The notes under the pieces: model-generated | Database searches by the model: none | What the model was told of the DNA's origin: nothing | What the model saw: the letters and a program-made list of their open reading frames with translations, nothing else | Program-made: the position numbers and the translations under genes | Shown here: positions 36,881 through 49,290 of the stretch, one piece after another | Layout of the letters: the number at the start of each line of letters is the position of its first letter | Position numbering within the stretch: the first letter of the stretch is position 1 | NCBI GenBank assembly: GCA_044892525.1 | Contig: CM097885.1 | Coordinates: forward strand, 40,612,001-40,676,000 | Source: Schmidtea polychroa | Taxonomy: Eukaryota | DNA: 64,000 nucleotides | Direction: 5' to 3'

Positions 36881-37200
36881 AAAACTGGTTTGATGTCCTC
36901 TCAACAGTTTTCCTTTTGATCCGGATCACTTTTTAATTTTTAACCTCTTTCTTTCATCAAATCAATTCCAATATACAAGCTGAACAGAATCAATTTGATA
37001 GTTTTAATGCGTGTTATTATCACTTCTCGCTCACGAAGTCGATCTCAACGGTGTTTAGCACGCATTACCGAAAGTTCAACGAAATTTGAAAGAGATTCGA
37101 AAGAGGAAACCAAAGACAAATAAGTCGACTCGGGTGAGGATCGATTCCATGGGTTTACGAAAGACTGGTGGCGGTAGTTCCCGGTTTGCCAACCACACCC
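36881..37200 (-). ncRNA. Long structured RNA, homolog of 26481-26855
   Basis: Shared core CCGTTGARATCGACTTCGTGAGCGAGAAG, CAGCTTGTATATTGGAA, TGATCCGGATCA and a 3' hairpin; covarying stems. Confidence 0.7.
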
Positions 37201-37346
37201 ATTTCAATAAAATATTTTTTCATATTTATATAGAAAATAATAATATACATAAAAAAATATTAATGCACACACACATTATATATTTTATACATATTTTTAA
37301 ATCAGTTGTTATAGAAAATAAAACAGAAATATAGAAATGAATTTAT

Positions 37347-37428
37347 AAAAATATAGTTTGACTTAGGATTTGAACCACTGTCTATTCTTAGTGCTGATTG
37401 ATTATATTCCCACTGCGCTATCAGGGTT
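37347..37428 (-). ncRNA. Putative Pol III small RNA C1
   Basis: A-box TAGCGCAGTGG, B-box GGTTCAAATCC, T5 terminator; upstream ATGACAAAAAT.CAAACC shared with B3. Confidence 0.65.
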
Positions 37429-37543
37429 TGGATTTTTGTCATTTTTTTAAATTGTTAGTATAAATTTCATATTTATTTAAAAAAAATATTGATATATACA
37501 CACATTATATATTTTATACATATTTTTTAATATATTATACTAT

Positions 37544-37624
37544 AAAAAAATAGTTTGACTTGGATTTGAACCGCCGCCTATTCTTACTACTGATTGAGTA
37601 GATTCCCACTGCGCTATCAGGGTT
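37544..37624 (-). ncRNA. Putative Pol III small RNA C2 (tandem paralog of C1)
   Basis: A-box TAGCGCAGTGG, B-box GGTTCAAATCC, T7 terminator; ~196-bp repeat unit. Confidence 0.65.
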
Positions 37625-37792
37625 CGGATTTTTGTCATTTTTTAAAATTTTATATTTATAATAATAAATGTATTTTATATTTAATTACCAAATTCTAAAA
37701 TTCTAAAAATTAGAGGGTCACATTATGAATAGTAAAAATATAAAAATTGAAAATTGAAAAATTGAACCAGTGAAAAATATTTTTTAAAAAAG

Positions 37793-39404
37793 ATGGCTTC
37801 TTCGAGAAATTTAAGTACCGAAAATTATTTTTGTAATTTGTTTAATAAAAACTTTAAAACAAAGACAACAATAACTTCTCATAAAAAATCAAAAGATCAT
37901 TTAATCAATAGAAATCTTTTAGATGATACCAACTCTAAAATTTGTGACAAGTTTAGAGAGAGATATTTATTCTCGGGGTTTGATAAACATTATAGAAATT
38001 GAATTGGAATTTAAAGAATTAGAGAAACATTTTCTTGTTTAATATGCCATAAAAAATTCAAAACTAAATTTGAATTAAAAAAACATGCTAGAGAATGTGG
38101 TCAAGAAAATGAAGAAAGTGAACAAGAAGAAGAAAATTGGGATAAATTTAATCATATTGATATATTTGGTTCTGAAGAACTTGCAACAAGCTCAATTTCA
38201 TCATAAATTAAAATCCTCTCTAATGAGATTAAAGATCCAATGGAGAAATCTGTAAAAAGTTTCAAAGGTTCAAGGTTCAATATTATAAAATACAAGATTA
38301 CAGTTAAAACAAAATATCGGAGGGGAAATGAATCAAACCAAAACTTTCTAAATTCAGAAATTTCAACTAATTATAGACATTTATTTTCAATGAAAGGATT
38401 CAAAAGAATGATTAAAGATATAATAACCGAGTTGCAAGAAAATCAAGAAGATCGTGAACAACAATTAGGAGAATCAAATTTAATTTTCCATTCTTTCCAA
38501 AATATTGAAATAAATTATTGGAAGGAAGACCACCAACTTCTTGATCTTATATTGCAACACCATTCACTTCGAAATATATTATAAATGTTAAAAATAAAGA
38601 TAACAAATGTTTCCTATGGGCAATTTTATCAGCTCTACTTCCTCAACAACATAATTCCGACCGAGTATCTAAATATCGACAATATGAAAATGAAATAATA
38701 CTTTGGGAAGATTTTGAACATCCAATGAAAATAGAACACATGTCAAAATTTGAAAAATTGAACCATCTTAGAATTAATATTTATAAATTAGATGGGGAGA
38801 AAATCATACCAATTTATATTTCAAATTTCAAAGATGAAACAAATTCTGAAACAAGTTTCACACCTAAAACAATTAGTCTACTAATATTAGAAAAAGATTC
38901 AATTTTTCATTATGTTTGGATAAAAAATTTCAAAGCTTTATGAGATCTCAATCATCAAGTTCTAATAGGGTTAGAGGACACACTTGTGAAAGATGTCTTT
39001 ATTATTCAACTTCTGAAAATGTAAAAAAATAATTACCGAGGTGCGGCACATAGATCATGTAATTTAAATTGTAAAAGACAAAAATTTATAGCAATCATAT
39101 TTCATAATTTATTTGGATATGATATACACTTATTTATAAAACATTTGGCAATCAATGCCAAAAATAGTTTCAAGGTAATTGGGTTGACAAAAGAAAAATA
39201 GAAGTGTGTAGAGTATGGATGTTTAAAATTCATAGATTCATTAAATTTCTTTTTAACAAGTTTAGATTCAATTGCAAAAACAATGAATTTTGATCAAGAT
39301 AATCAAGATTTTAAACTCACTATAGGAAATGTTTTAATTAAATATAATATTCCAATGGAAGAATATAAACTTGTTTAGCTAAAGGAATATATCCATATGA
39401 TTAT
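37793..39404 (+). pseudogene. pPolB 5' half, degraded
   Basis: Zn finger, NKDNKCFLWAILSAL, YRGAAHRSCN, FHNLFGYD, KGIYPYDY; many stops and frameshifts. Confidence 0.88.
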
Positions 39405-39655
39405 AGTAGTGTAAGAACCTTACACCTGACCACTCCCACCGACAACCTTCCACCTCCAAAGTCCTCAATTATTACCCTTTAATATAAAAAAATAACAGTT
39501 TTTTACGTGTTTTAATATTTTTTAACCCTAAAATTCCAAAACACTCAGTCTAATAAACGAGATGATGGAAAAGGAAGATGTGAAGGGAGGGCCAGGTGTA
39601 AGGTTCTTACACTACTTGCAATCTGCGCAGGTTGCTAATTTAATAGCATTTAAAA

Positions 39656-40910
39656 ATGAGTAATAAAAATAAATTAAATCTTGATTATAATAGAGTTTAT
39701 ACATGAAATTAAAAAAATTGATGTTTTAAAAATATCACCCACGTCGGGATCTATTGCAAATTTAAATCGTGGAGGTGATATTGTTTTTCAATCCCTTCAA
39801 ACATCAAATCCTATAGATATTTGTAATGCAAAATTATATTACAAAATTGAATTAGAAATTGATAAAGATATAACCTTGGAAAACAATTTCTTTCCAAGCT
39901 TATTCAGTAATATGAGATTAAAACTAGGATCAACTGAAATTGAAAGTGTTTTATATCCAGGAATATATTCTACAATGTTAGATTTTATATTAACTGGAAA
40001 CGATGAAGGTGTAGGTCTAACAGGTTGGATCCCTGATGTTAATAAAGGTGATTTAGATAAAGATGGTTTAGATATAAATTATGGTTACCATAAAAGAGTT
40101 GAACTTTATAAATCTAAAAGATTTGAAGGTTATTTTGAATTAAAACACTTATTTGGATTCCTTCAAAACTATAACCGTATACTTCATAATGTTTTTATAG
40201 AATTAACCTGTAATAGAATAGAAGGTGATAAAAGATTGTTCTATGGAGGTGTAGATACAAAAGCTAAATTAAAATTATCAACACTTGAATTACATATACC
40301 TGAATGGACTTTAAATCCTCAATCTGAGATAAAACTCCTTGAAAGATTAAATTCCAACAAATCTATAAATGTAAATTATTTAAATAGAGTCTGTAGTGAA
40401 TTTAGTATGACAGAGGGTTCAAAATATTCTATAAAGGTAGCAAATTTAGCATACCGACCGAGATATATCTTTATTGGATTCAAAGAAACAGATTCATCTT
40501 TCCAAAAAAATAACAACTTGTTTATTCAAAAGATTGGAGATGATAATTTAAAATCAATCCAAATTCAATAAAATAGTTCTTATTATCCAATAAATAGAAT
40601 GGAATTTAATATTAAAAATAATGAAAACATATTCCCATATCTAAATTATATTGAAACATGTTATGATTTTAAAGTTGAACCACAATTAAGTTTAGAAGAT
40701 TTCAAAAATTTATATTCTATATTTTGTATAAATGTTTCAGATCAAGATGATCGTCTAGCTATAAATAATGTTGATGTTACACTTCATGTAACAAAGGATT
40801 CTAATTTTAAAGCTAAAGTATATACATTAATATTAGAAGAAAAGAAAATAGAAATGAAATTATATGGTGGAAAGATTTCAATAATTGAAAATGTACGGGG
40901 TAATTTATAG
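39656..40910 (+). pseudogene. Major capsid protein, frameshift plus stop
   Basis: Highly similar to 24422-25714; frameshift near 39692, TAA at 40569. Confidence 0.9.
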
Positions 40911-40918
40911 TTTTTAAA

Positions 40919-42150
40919 ATGTCTTATTGGAAATGTGAAATTTGTAATTGTCAAGTTAGAAAACATCATAAAGCAAGTCATGTTAAAACTAAAAAACATA
41001 CATCTCGAATTGGAGGAGATCTTCAATCTTCAAAAACAACATCTTCAATATTGAAACACTTTACAACTGAAAAATATCCAGGTGAAAGACATTTATTCCA
41101 TCACAACTATACTGGACCTGGAACACGTCTAGATATTAGACTTGATGAAAATAATAATCCTAAACCTGGAGAAGAACCAATAAATAGAATTGATCAAGCA
41201 GCTTTAAAACATGATATTGCTTACAATTCTGAAGACCTTAGGGATAGACACCTTGCAGATGTTAATTTAATACATGATTTAAATAGTATTCAAAACCCAT
41301 CAACCCAAGAAAAGATTCAAAGAGCTCTAGTTAAATTAGCAATGAAAGGTAAAATATTCTTTGGAGCCGGACACCCTAGAATAGCAAAAAATGTTGCTAA
41401 TAAAAAGATTATTGAACAAGCAGACGCTGAAAGATCCAAGACTAATTCTAAAAATTTACAAACCCCAACAGAATCACAAATAAAATATGCCAATGAATTA
41501 CACCATGAATTTAGAAAAAATAAAAAATATTTAAAAGTTCAAGTACATGAAAAAGATCATACTTGGTCTGCTGATTTAGTCTTTATGCCATTCAATTCAT
41601 CAGACCCTGAAAAATATAAAATAATTTTAACAGTAATAGATTTATATACAAGATTTGCTTTTGCAAGATGTTTAGAAAATAAAACAGGATATTCTATTAC
41701 AGAAGCATTTGAAAATATATTTGAAGAACATCAAAGAATTCCAAGATATTTATGGTGTGATAAAGGAACAGAATTTTATAACAAAGTTTTTACAAAGTTT
41801 TTAAATGAAAATGATATTAAATTATATTCAACAGAAAACGAAGGAAAAGCAGTCGTAGTTGAAAGATTAAATAGAACATTAAAAAAATAAAATGTGGAAA
41901 TATTTTACTGCTATTGGAAAACAAAAATGGAACAATGAATTGTTACAAAAGATTGTAAATGAATATAATAATGATGTACATAGTTCTATAAAATCAACAC
42001 CTTTAAATGCTTCCTTGAATCCTTTAAAACTTATAAATCCTGAAACCGCTAAAGTGGTAAATGAAAAACCAAAGTTTAAAATTGGTGACCGAGTAAGAAT
42101 ATTTAAATATAAAAATAAATTTGAAAAAGGATTCACAGCAAAATGGACAA
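40919..42150 (+). pseudogene. Zn-finger/PLA2/integrase fusion, frameshift in an A-run at ~41885, 3' truncated
   Basis: Same motifs as 22983-24392; continuous ORF from Zn finger through PLA2 to the catalytic E. Confidence 0.92.
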
Positions 42151-42410
42151 AATTTTATAAAATTAATAAATGGTAGTCCAAAAGCTAGACACATTCAAGA
42201 ATTAAATAATTATTTAGATAGAAATGAAAAGGGTTATGTTGTTAAAGAAGACGAGGGGCTAGATCCAATCTCTAAGTTTATAGAATTAAGAAAACTATTA
42301 GCTGCTAAAAAAGCAGGACATAATAATTAAGTTTCTGATATTTTAAAGATTTCAAAAGATTTATTAAAACAAGGAATGCTTTCAAAAACTAAATTTAATA
42401 AATATATAAA

Positions 42411-42845
42411 ATGAAGGCTGTTCCAAGTATATTGGATTTTTTAAAAACATTTGGAATAAATGCAAAAACAAATTTTGATTTAAAAGATTATGCAGATTAT
42501 TTAAATTTAAAAATTAAAATATTAATGAATGATGAATTGTCAAGTCTGAAAGGACTAAAGGATAATATAATAATCAATTATCAAGATTCAAATGAAAAAT
42601 GATCTCATTGGGTTTGTATATATAATAAATCTATATACTTTGATTCTTTTGGGATTAAACCCACTAAAGAAGTAGAAGACTGTATAAAGTCCCAATATAT
42701 TTTTACTTCTTTACAAGTTCAACCTAATAATACTAAAATATGTGGGGTTTTAAGTTTATATGTTTTGTATAGATTGAATGCATCCAAGGGGGCTCTTTTG
42801 AATCTATAATCCAAGAAATTTATAATGATCTAAAACCTCTATTAA
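42411..42845 (+). pseudogene. Adenain protease, disrupted
   Basis: Homolog of 20110-20589; TGA replaces the G of GSHW. Confidence 0.88.
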
Positions 42846-42870
42846 AAAAAAGGAAGATAATTTAAAAAAA

Positions 42871-43584
42871 ATGGTAAACATAATGTCAGATAAATATTCA
42901 AGAAGTTTATTAATAAATTCAAATGAATCAGATTTTAGTATAACCTTTGAAGATTCTATAAATTTAGATCAAGATTTAAATTATGAATTAGGACTCTTGT
43001 GGTTTAGCTGTTTTAATACTATTTTTAATATAAATATTAATAATAATAAATTTAATATGTTTAAACCTCATGTAGAATACGACATTAGAATAATCGAACC
43101 AGGAGCATATGAATTAACAGATTTGGCTAAAGCAATTCTAAAAGAAACAAATGGAGCTGTAGAAATAAAAATAGATATTCAAACTTCAAAATGTATTGCA
43201 ACTTTTAAAAATCTTGGACTTGGTATTGAAGCTTCTAGTTTCTTTCATACTATTTTAGGTTTTGAAGTTGGAGAATATAGACAATCACCTATTAAATCTA
43301 AAAATATTATACAAATAACAAATATAAATTCTATAAATATAGAGTGTGATTGTATAATGGGATCATATAATAATGGTAAACATGCAAATATTTTATATTC
43401 CTTTCCTTCCAATGTTGTTCGAGTTGGATATAAAATGGTTGAAAGAATGAATACCCCAAATTATTTACCTTTATGTAGAAAAAACCTAATGGATATTCAT
43501 TTCAGAATTGTTGATGAAAATGGAGAATTAATTAATTTTAACGGAGAAAAGATTTCAATGTGTTTACATTTGAAACAAGTTTAG
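42871..43584 (+). CDS. Minor capsid protein (penton)
   Basis: Homolog of 19297-20061; intact ORF. Confidence 0.88.
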   Translation: MVNIMSDKYSRSLLINSNESDFSITFEDSINLDQDLNYELGLLWFSCFNTIFNININNNKFNMFKPHVEYDIRIIEPGAYELTDLAKAILKETNGAVEIKIDIQTSKCIATFKNLGLGIEASSFFHTILGFEVGEYRQSPIKSKNIIQITNINSINIECDCIMGSYNNGKHANILYSFPSNVVRVGYKMVERMNTPNYLPLCRKNLMDIHFRIVDENGELINFNGEKISMCLHLKQV

Positions 43585-43593
43585 ACTATAAAA

Positions 43594-44604
43594 ATGAATT
43601 ATAATAAATTAGGATTATATAATGATGGACTAAAAGATGAAGATGTTATAAACCTTACAGAAAAAAGATTTATTAATGAAGTAGGAGATTCAATGAAGGG
43701 AGATTTAAATTTAAATGCTCACAAGATAAAAGATTTAGGTCCTCCGATTGATGACTTTGATGCAACTAATAAAAAATATGTAGATGAAAATCTTAAAAAT
43801 TATACTGATATAACAACAACAAGAATTGAAAGTTCATTAACAACAAAAATTGATTCAATGGGAACCGAGGTTAATGCCTTGATAGAATCCAAGCTTAATA
43901 ATATCGAACAACAATTTAATGATAAATTTGACAAGTTACAAAGTTTGTTAACTGAACAAGTTGTAAAGTTAAATACTACCATATTAAATTCTAAAGATAA
44001 ACAAATTATGAATACTAAATTTAATACAATATATAATATAATAAATGAGATGATTGCATCATTTAATGTAAGACTTGTTAAATTAGAGTCTCATACAACA
44101 CACATTAACACAACACACACTATTAGAAAAAGAGCTGCTGAATTAGAACAGAATAATACATTATTACCCAATAGATATAAACATTTTATAGAAACAAATT
44201 TAATAACAACAAATAGTAAAGAATGGTCTTGTTTTATGGTTGTAAAGATTATTGATCCTTATTTCTTTTTATTTAATGATGATGGTGAAACAATGAAATG
44301 GTTTGTAAAATGTGATTATAATAGTAAGTTTGAAAAGGGTGATGTTATAATAACTGCTTATGATTTACCACATGGACATTGGCATGATAAAACTGATTCA
44401 CATAAAACACATAAAGTTAAAAGTAAGAATATTATTTTTAAAAGCACACTTGTAAGTTATATAGATTTAATATTTTATGAAAAAAAGGTTGATGTTGATG
44501 AAGTTCGTAAAGCGTTGATAGAATTGTATAAAGACATTCTCTCAAAAAGAGCTTCTTATGATATCCGAGTATTGGTACCAGATAATAAAGTCTTATTTTT
44601 TTAA
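43594..44604 (+). CDS. Fiber/spike-like protein
   Basis: Homolog of 18262-19272; intact. Confidence 0.65.
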   Translation: MNYNKLGLYNDGLKDEDVINLTEKRFINEVGDSMKGDLNLNAHKIKDLGPPIDDFDATNKKYVDENLKNYTDITTTRIESSLTTKIDSMGTEVNALIESKLNNIEQQFNDKFDKLQSLLTEQVVKLNTTILNSKDKQIMNTKFNTIYNIINEMIASFNVRLVKLESHTTHINTTHTIRKRAAELEQNNTLLPNRYKHFIETNLITTNSKEWSCFMVVKIIDPYFFLFNDDGETMKWFVKCDYNSKFEKGDVIITAYDLPHGHWHDKTDSHKTHKVKSKNIIFKSTLVSYIDLIFYEKKVDVDEVRKALIELYKDILSKRASYDIRVLVPDNKVLFF

Positions 44605-44612
44605 TTATTAAA

Positions 44613-45979
44613 ATGGAAGTACGAAGTCCAGAAGTACAAAGTCCAATAGTACAATATCCAAAGATTCCATCAGCTCCTACAGAACTTGAAGTCATGAGAG
44701 TAAAAGAATTTAAATCAGAAACTTTACATTTACAAGACTTACTGAAGCATTATAAAAAAATTAAAAAAAGATGGAATAAAGGGAATACAGCTTTAAAGAT
44801 TATAGGTTACCCCTTAGGATTTACATCTGCAATACTTACAATTGTTTTACCTATAACTTTACCAGTTGTTACTCTTGCACCCGTAATACTTGGAAGTATT
44901 TCTGTTGCAGATTCTTTCTTGACTGAAATACTTTCTTTATGGTTAATTTTAGTTGATCTCGCGTCAGTGTGCGCTTTTCTTTTCTTTGTTTTGGTTGTGT
45001 GCGCACACAAACGCGTAAAATTGAGAAGGTGGAAATTTTAATCTGATCTCGCGTCTGTGTGCGCTTTTCTTCTCTTTGTTTTTGGCTGTGTGCGCACACA
45101 GACGCGAGCAAGAGGTATTTTGAATTTATGGTTAATTAAGTTGTTGATTTTTGATTTTAGAATTTTATTAGGTTTTTGTGTGATTGTATTTGATGGCAAT
45201 GGAAATCTTCTTTGTTTATTGAGTTTTATTTCGATTGGGTTTTTTTGGAAATTACAATGGCAACATCTAAATATAACGGGGATTGATGGATCTCGATGAT
45301 TTAGTGGCAAGGTTGAATGGAACCCGCAGCAAAATGGAAAGAGAAACTATTTGTAAAGACGATGTTATCAGATCTGTCAAATCTATTAAAATTCTGGGTA
45401 ATGAATTTTCTCTAATCACATCATCTCGAGACCGGCAATTAGTTCAATCTGTACCTGGTGAATTGAATATGGATCACACAAATTTGTTGAAATGTGCTCT
45501 AGATCAAATAGGCCGAATCGATATTGTTTTGTGTTCAGAAAGAAATAATATGAGATCAAATTTATGTGTAGCTACACGAAGACAGGTTCCAGATAAAATG
45601 ATTGAGAAGAGTTCAGCTACAAGATTGTTTAATATTACTGAAAGTACTGGAAGTGTTATGACTGGTATGGACACGGAAAAATTGTTATTATGCTGCAATA
45701 AAATGTTAATGTGTTATTATGAATTCGCGAATGAACACTTTATCTTATACTTCAAAAAAGAAAAGTTTATATCGTGAAATTTGTCTGACAATAGACTTGG
45801 GGATATCAAAATTATTTTTATTTCAATTAAAAGCCTTGGAAGATGGAATCCTAACAGATGAAGAAATAACGAAATCAAATCAAATAATAAGGGATATTAA
45901 AAATGAAGTTATAAAGTTGAAAACTAATGAATATTCTAAAAAAATACAACGAGAGAAATGGTTAAAGACTTCATCGTAA
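44613..45979 (+). pseudogene. Membrane protein gene interrupted by a 0.8-kb insertion
   Basis: Removing 44940-45737 and one TSD restores TEILSLSYTSKKKSLYRE as in 17657-18253. Confidence 0.88.
44940..45737 (+). mobile_element. TSD-flanked insertion carrying SNF8 and PSMA6 fragments
   Basis: CTTTA(T) duplicated at 44935 and 45738; TG...CA ends; QSVPGELNMDH (SNF8/Vps22) and RQVPDKM..TRLFNITE.TG.VMTGM (proteasome alpha-6). Confidence 0.75.
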
Positions 45980-46014
45980 GACTTCGTAAGACTATATAAT
46001 TTTTAATTTAAAAA

Positions 46015-46272
46015 ATGGAAGAAATAATGAAATCTAGGTTGAATGATTTTAGAAGTTTATCATTAGAGGATAAAATTAGAATAGGGGAAAAGTGTTACAT
46101 CTTTTACCTTGTAGGGAATAATGACTGTGATTATTTAAATAAAATATCTAAATTTCAATCATTATCTCCTCGAGACCAAATAATAAGAGGAGAATATTAT
46201 TTTGCTTTATTTCCTCAACTGATTAAAAGATTAAAGGATAGAGGAACAAGGATTAAGAAATTATACATATAA
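46015..46272 (+). CDS. Hypothetical 85-aa protein with internal repeat
   Basis: AAAATG start like other element genes; FRSLSLEDKIRIGE / FQSLSPRDQIIRGE repeat. Confidence 0.55.
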   Translation: MEEIMKSRLNDFRSLSLEDKIRIGEKCYIFYLVGNNDCDYLNKISKFQSLSPRDQIIRGEYYFALFPQLIKRLKDRGTRIKKLYI

Positions 46273-46321
46273 AAATGGATGTCTTTATAAAAAAATTGAA
46301 CAGCTTTCAATAATTGATATT

Positions 46322-49290
46322 TCAGTTATTTTTAAGCATTAAGAATGACTTTCCTTCATGAATGACTGAAGATGATATGGTTTTAACGTCTAAGATGTAA
46401 TGATTTAGGTTTATAGGATTTTGTTCTATATCTAATTCTATATAATCATTTCGACTTTCAGGGTAAAGTATTCGAAGTTCATACAGTTGAACATCTGAAA
46501 TGTTCTTTAAATTTTTTATATGAGGAATCATATCATTTCCAATTGGAAGTGTCTTTTTTAAATCTGATAAAATATACCTCTTATCATCATAATTAGATAA
46601 TGATATTTTATTTGATTCTTCTAAATACATGTTATGCTTTTCAGATTTAAGTTGATGAACCTCAACTATTTTATCTGGTTGATTTTTATTTAGAATATCC
46701 TTATAGTCTTGATGGGGTATAGTTCTAGAAACTGATTTCTGTATACCTTTATTTTTATTATCTTTAGATGTTACAAGTTTTAATACTGGTATATCAAATG
46801 TTTGATCCATGATTTTAATTGAATGGGTTTCAGTCTTTGGGGCTTCAATCATTTCTAGTGAATATTGTTTGGCTCTAATAAATGCAGCATCAATTATTGG
46901 AGTATTTGGTTTTTCATCTTTAAAGGTGAATAATTCTCCAGATGAATTTATTAAATTCCTTAGGATTTCATTTTCAGATATTTCCTCTTTTAGGTTTTTA
47001 GTATATATTTTTAAAAACATACTATCAGTATCCATTGCATGCATTGATATTCTATTTTTAAAATGTGGTAGTAGAATATCATAATAGGTTTCATACATTT
47101 GAAGTTTTGATAATTCTATAATGGTAAAACCTATAAAGATTGGTTTGTTATAAGTCTTTTCACTATTTTTTAGTTCAACGGCTACAAGGTTCTCGGAGAA
47201 TACTTCCGCATTTTTAAATGTAGGTTTTAAAAGCATTCGATTGTATCTGTTAAAGTCTTTGGGACTATTTGTCAATAATTCTACACGAGTATATTTGTCA
47301 ACATTTTCCATTGTCTTTCCAAAGACTGAATTATTTAAAAGTTTATAAATCATATCGAGGAAAGCGTTTCCATTTCTTTTTGCTTCATTCCTAGATATAT
47401 TCCTGGATATCCACCTGAATGAACTTATCAATTGGAAGGTATTGAGTCATTATTCCTGAATATAAAGCTGTTGCATCTATATACATAATCTCTGATGGAT
47501 TATTTAAACCTTCCATTATTAAATTTAAATCCTCATCGGTTTTTATTTCTATATAGTTTGCTTCAGGATCTTCACTAAAGAATTTCTTATAGAGGGATAT
47601 AAAGTTGTTTGCAGTTATATTTCTATCTCCCATCACGGAGCTAACACCTCCACGAATATTTTCTTTAAGTACATTAAACATGTCTATTTCAGTTAATAGT
47701 TCTATAGATGTAGTCCCAGAGTTCCACATTGTATATAATAAAATATCCCAAGCTAAAGATGGAGATGTTATATAATTATAAGGTTTAAGAGTAAAGGCTT
47801 TTGTGAATCCCTCGAAACAATCTGCAAGGATATAGACATCAAGGGATAAATACATGTCAGTATAATCCCCAATGTTTTTACAATTGAAAAGTTCCCACAT
47901 TTTATTCCCTCGGGCATATTCTTGATCACTTATATCCGTTTGATTTAATATTGAAAAGAATTCTTCTTTCTCTGGTAAAGCGGTTTCATTATATCTATCA
48001 AATGAGTTGATGTAATCATAAGGATAGATTCCTTTTGCCAAACAGGTTTTATATTCCTCCTGGGGAATATTATTTTTTACTAATACTTTTTCAATTGTAT
48101 GCTTAAAGTCTTCAGGTTTCATGGTTTTTGCTATTCCATCTAGAGACATTTGTAAAAAGTTTAGAGAATCTATAAATTTTAAACACCCATATTGAACACA
48201 TTTATATTTTTCCTTTGTTAGTCCTATAACTTTAAAAGAGTTTTTAGCATTTACAGCTAGACGTTTTATAAACAAGTGGATGTCATATCCAAAAAGATTA
48301 TGGAATATGACAGGGATAAATTTAAGTCTTTTACAGTTTAAGTTGCAATTCTTATGGGCTGCTCCCCTATAATTATTTTCTTTTTTAAAGTGATCATGGT
48401 CAGGGACTTTTATGTTTTGATGAAAGAGTCTTTGTTCTTCCTCTTCAAAGGTTGCAGGATTCAAATCCTCAAGGCTTACAGGATTCAAAGATTCAAACTC
48501 TTCAAACTCTTGTTTGCACATCCAGCAAGTTGTGCAGTTTTCGTATTCTTCCCGTTGTTGATCCGAGAAGTTTATTAAATTTTTTGTTTTTAATTTTTTA
48601 AAGAGTTTATGCTCTAAATCATTTATGTCTTTGGTGAAATGATTTAGAACCTCTTCGTCTGTAGATCCTCTAAATGAAAATTCTTCAGATTTAATGAGGT
48701 CTGGGTAATTACTTTTAAAAAATAATTTATAAGCCGATGCCACCTGTTTTGTAAGTTTTACAGTGTACGACTTATTATTTAATTTTAAAAGATCTTTCAT
48801 GTCCTCCCATTTTGAAGATTTTAAAGAATCTAATAGATTATTTTTTTCTATTAATTTGAAATATTCTTGGTTTAGATCCTGTTTTATATTTATAGCTTCA
48901 AAGTCTCCATATATCACACCTAGTGTTTCTAGTAGGTTTGAAAAGTTTTTAAAATACATCTTTGTGTTTATGGGTAAAGGCATTTTAATTAAAGCTGGCA
49001 GGTTCTTACAACATAATCTTTCATGTTTAATTACCGAAGCTGGAGATGTTGAATAATGAAGACATCTTTTACAAGTTATTCCCCCTCTAACTTGTGTATT
49101 TGATCTCATAAAAGCTTGAAAGTTTTTTATGAGGATATAGTGTTGTTTTCTTTCTATTTGAAAGTCTTGTTCTGAAAGGTCTTCTTCTTCCAATATTAAA
49201 AGATCTATTTCCCTATCTTGTTCTAATAATTCTTTATCTGAAATGTATATTGGAATGATGTTCTTCTTAAAATCATCATGATTATAGTGA
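46322..49290 (-). pseudogene. pPolB, 5' truncated with an internal deletion near 47400
   Basis: YIDATALY, KLLNNSVFGK, AMDTDS; region between motifs A and B missing relative to B. Confidence 0.92.

Larger units (their letters stand above)
36468..39404. mobile_element. Polinton element C, left part only (interrupted by element D)
   Basis: AGTAGT terminus with terminal cassette 36468-36780, ncRNA cluster, pPolB pseudogene cut at KGIYPYDY. Confidence 0.85.

Noticed and set aside
37086..37334. 82-aa ORF
   Set aside because: Antisense to the conserved RNA, runs into low-complexity DNA, not preserved in element B
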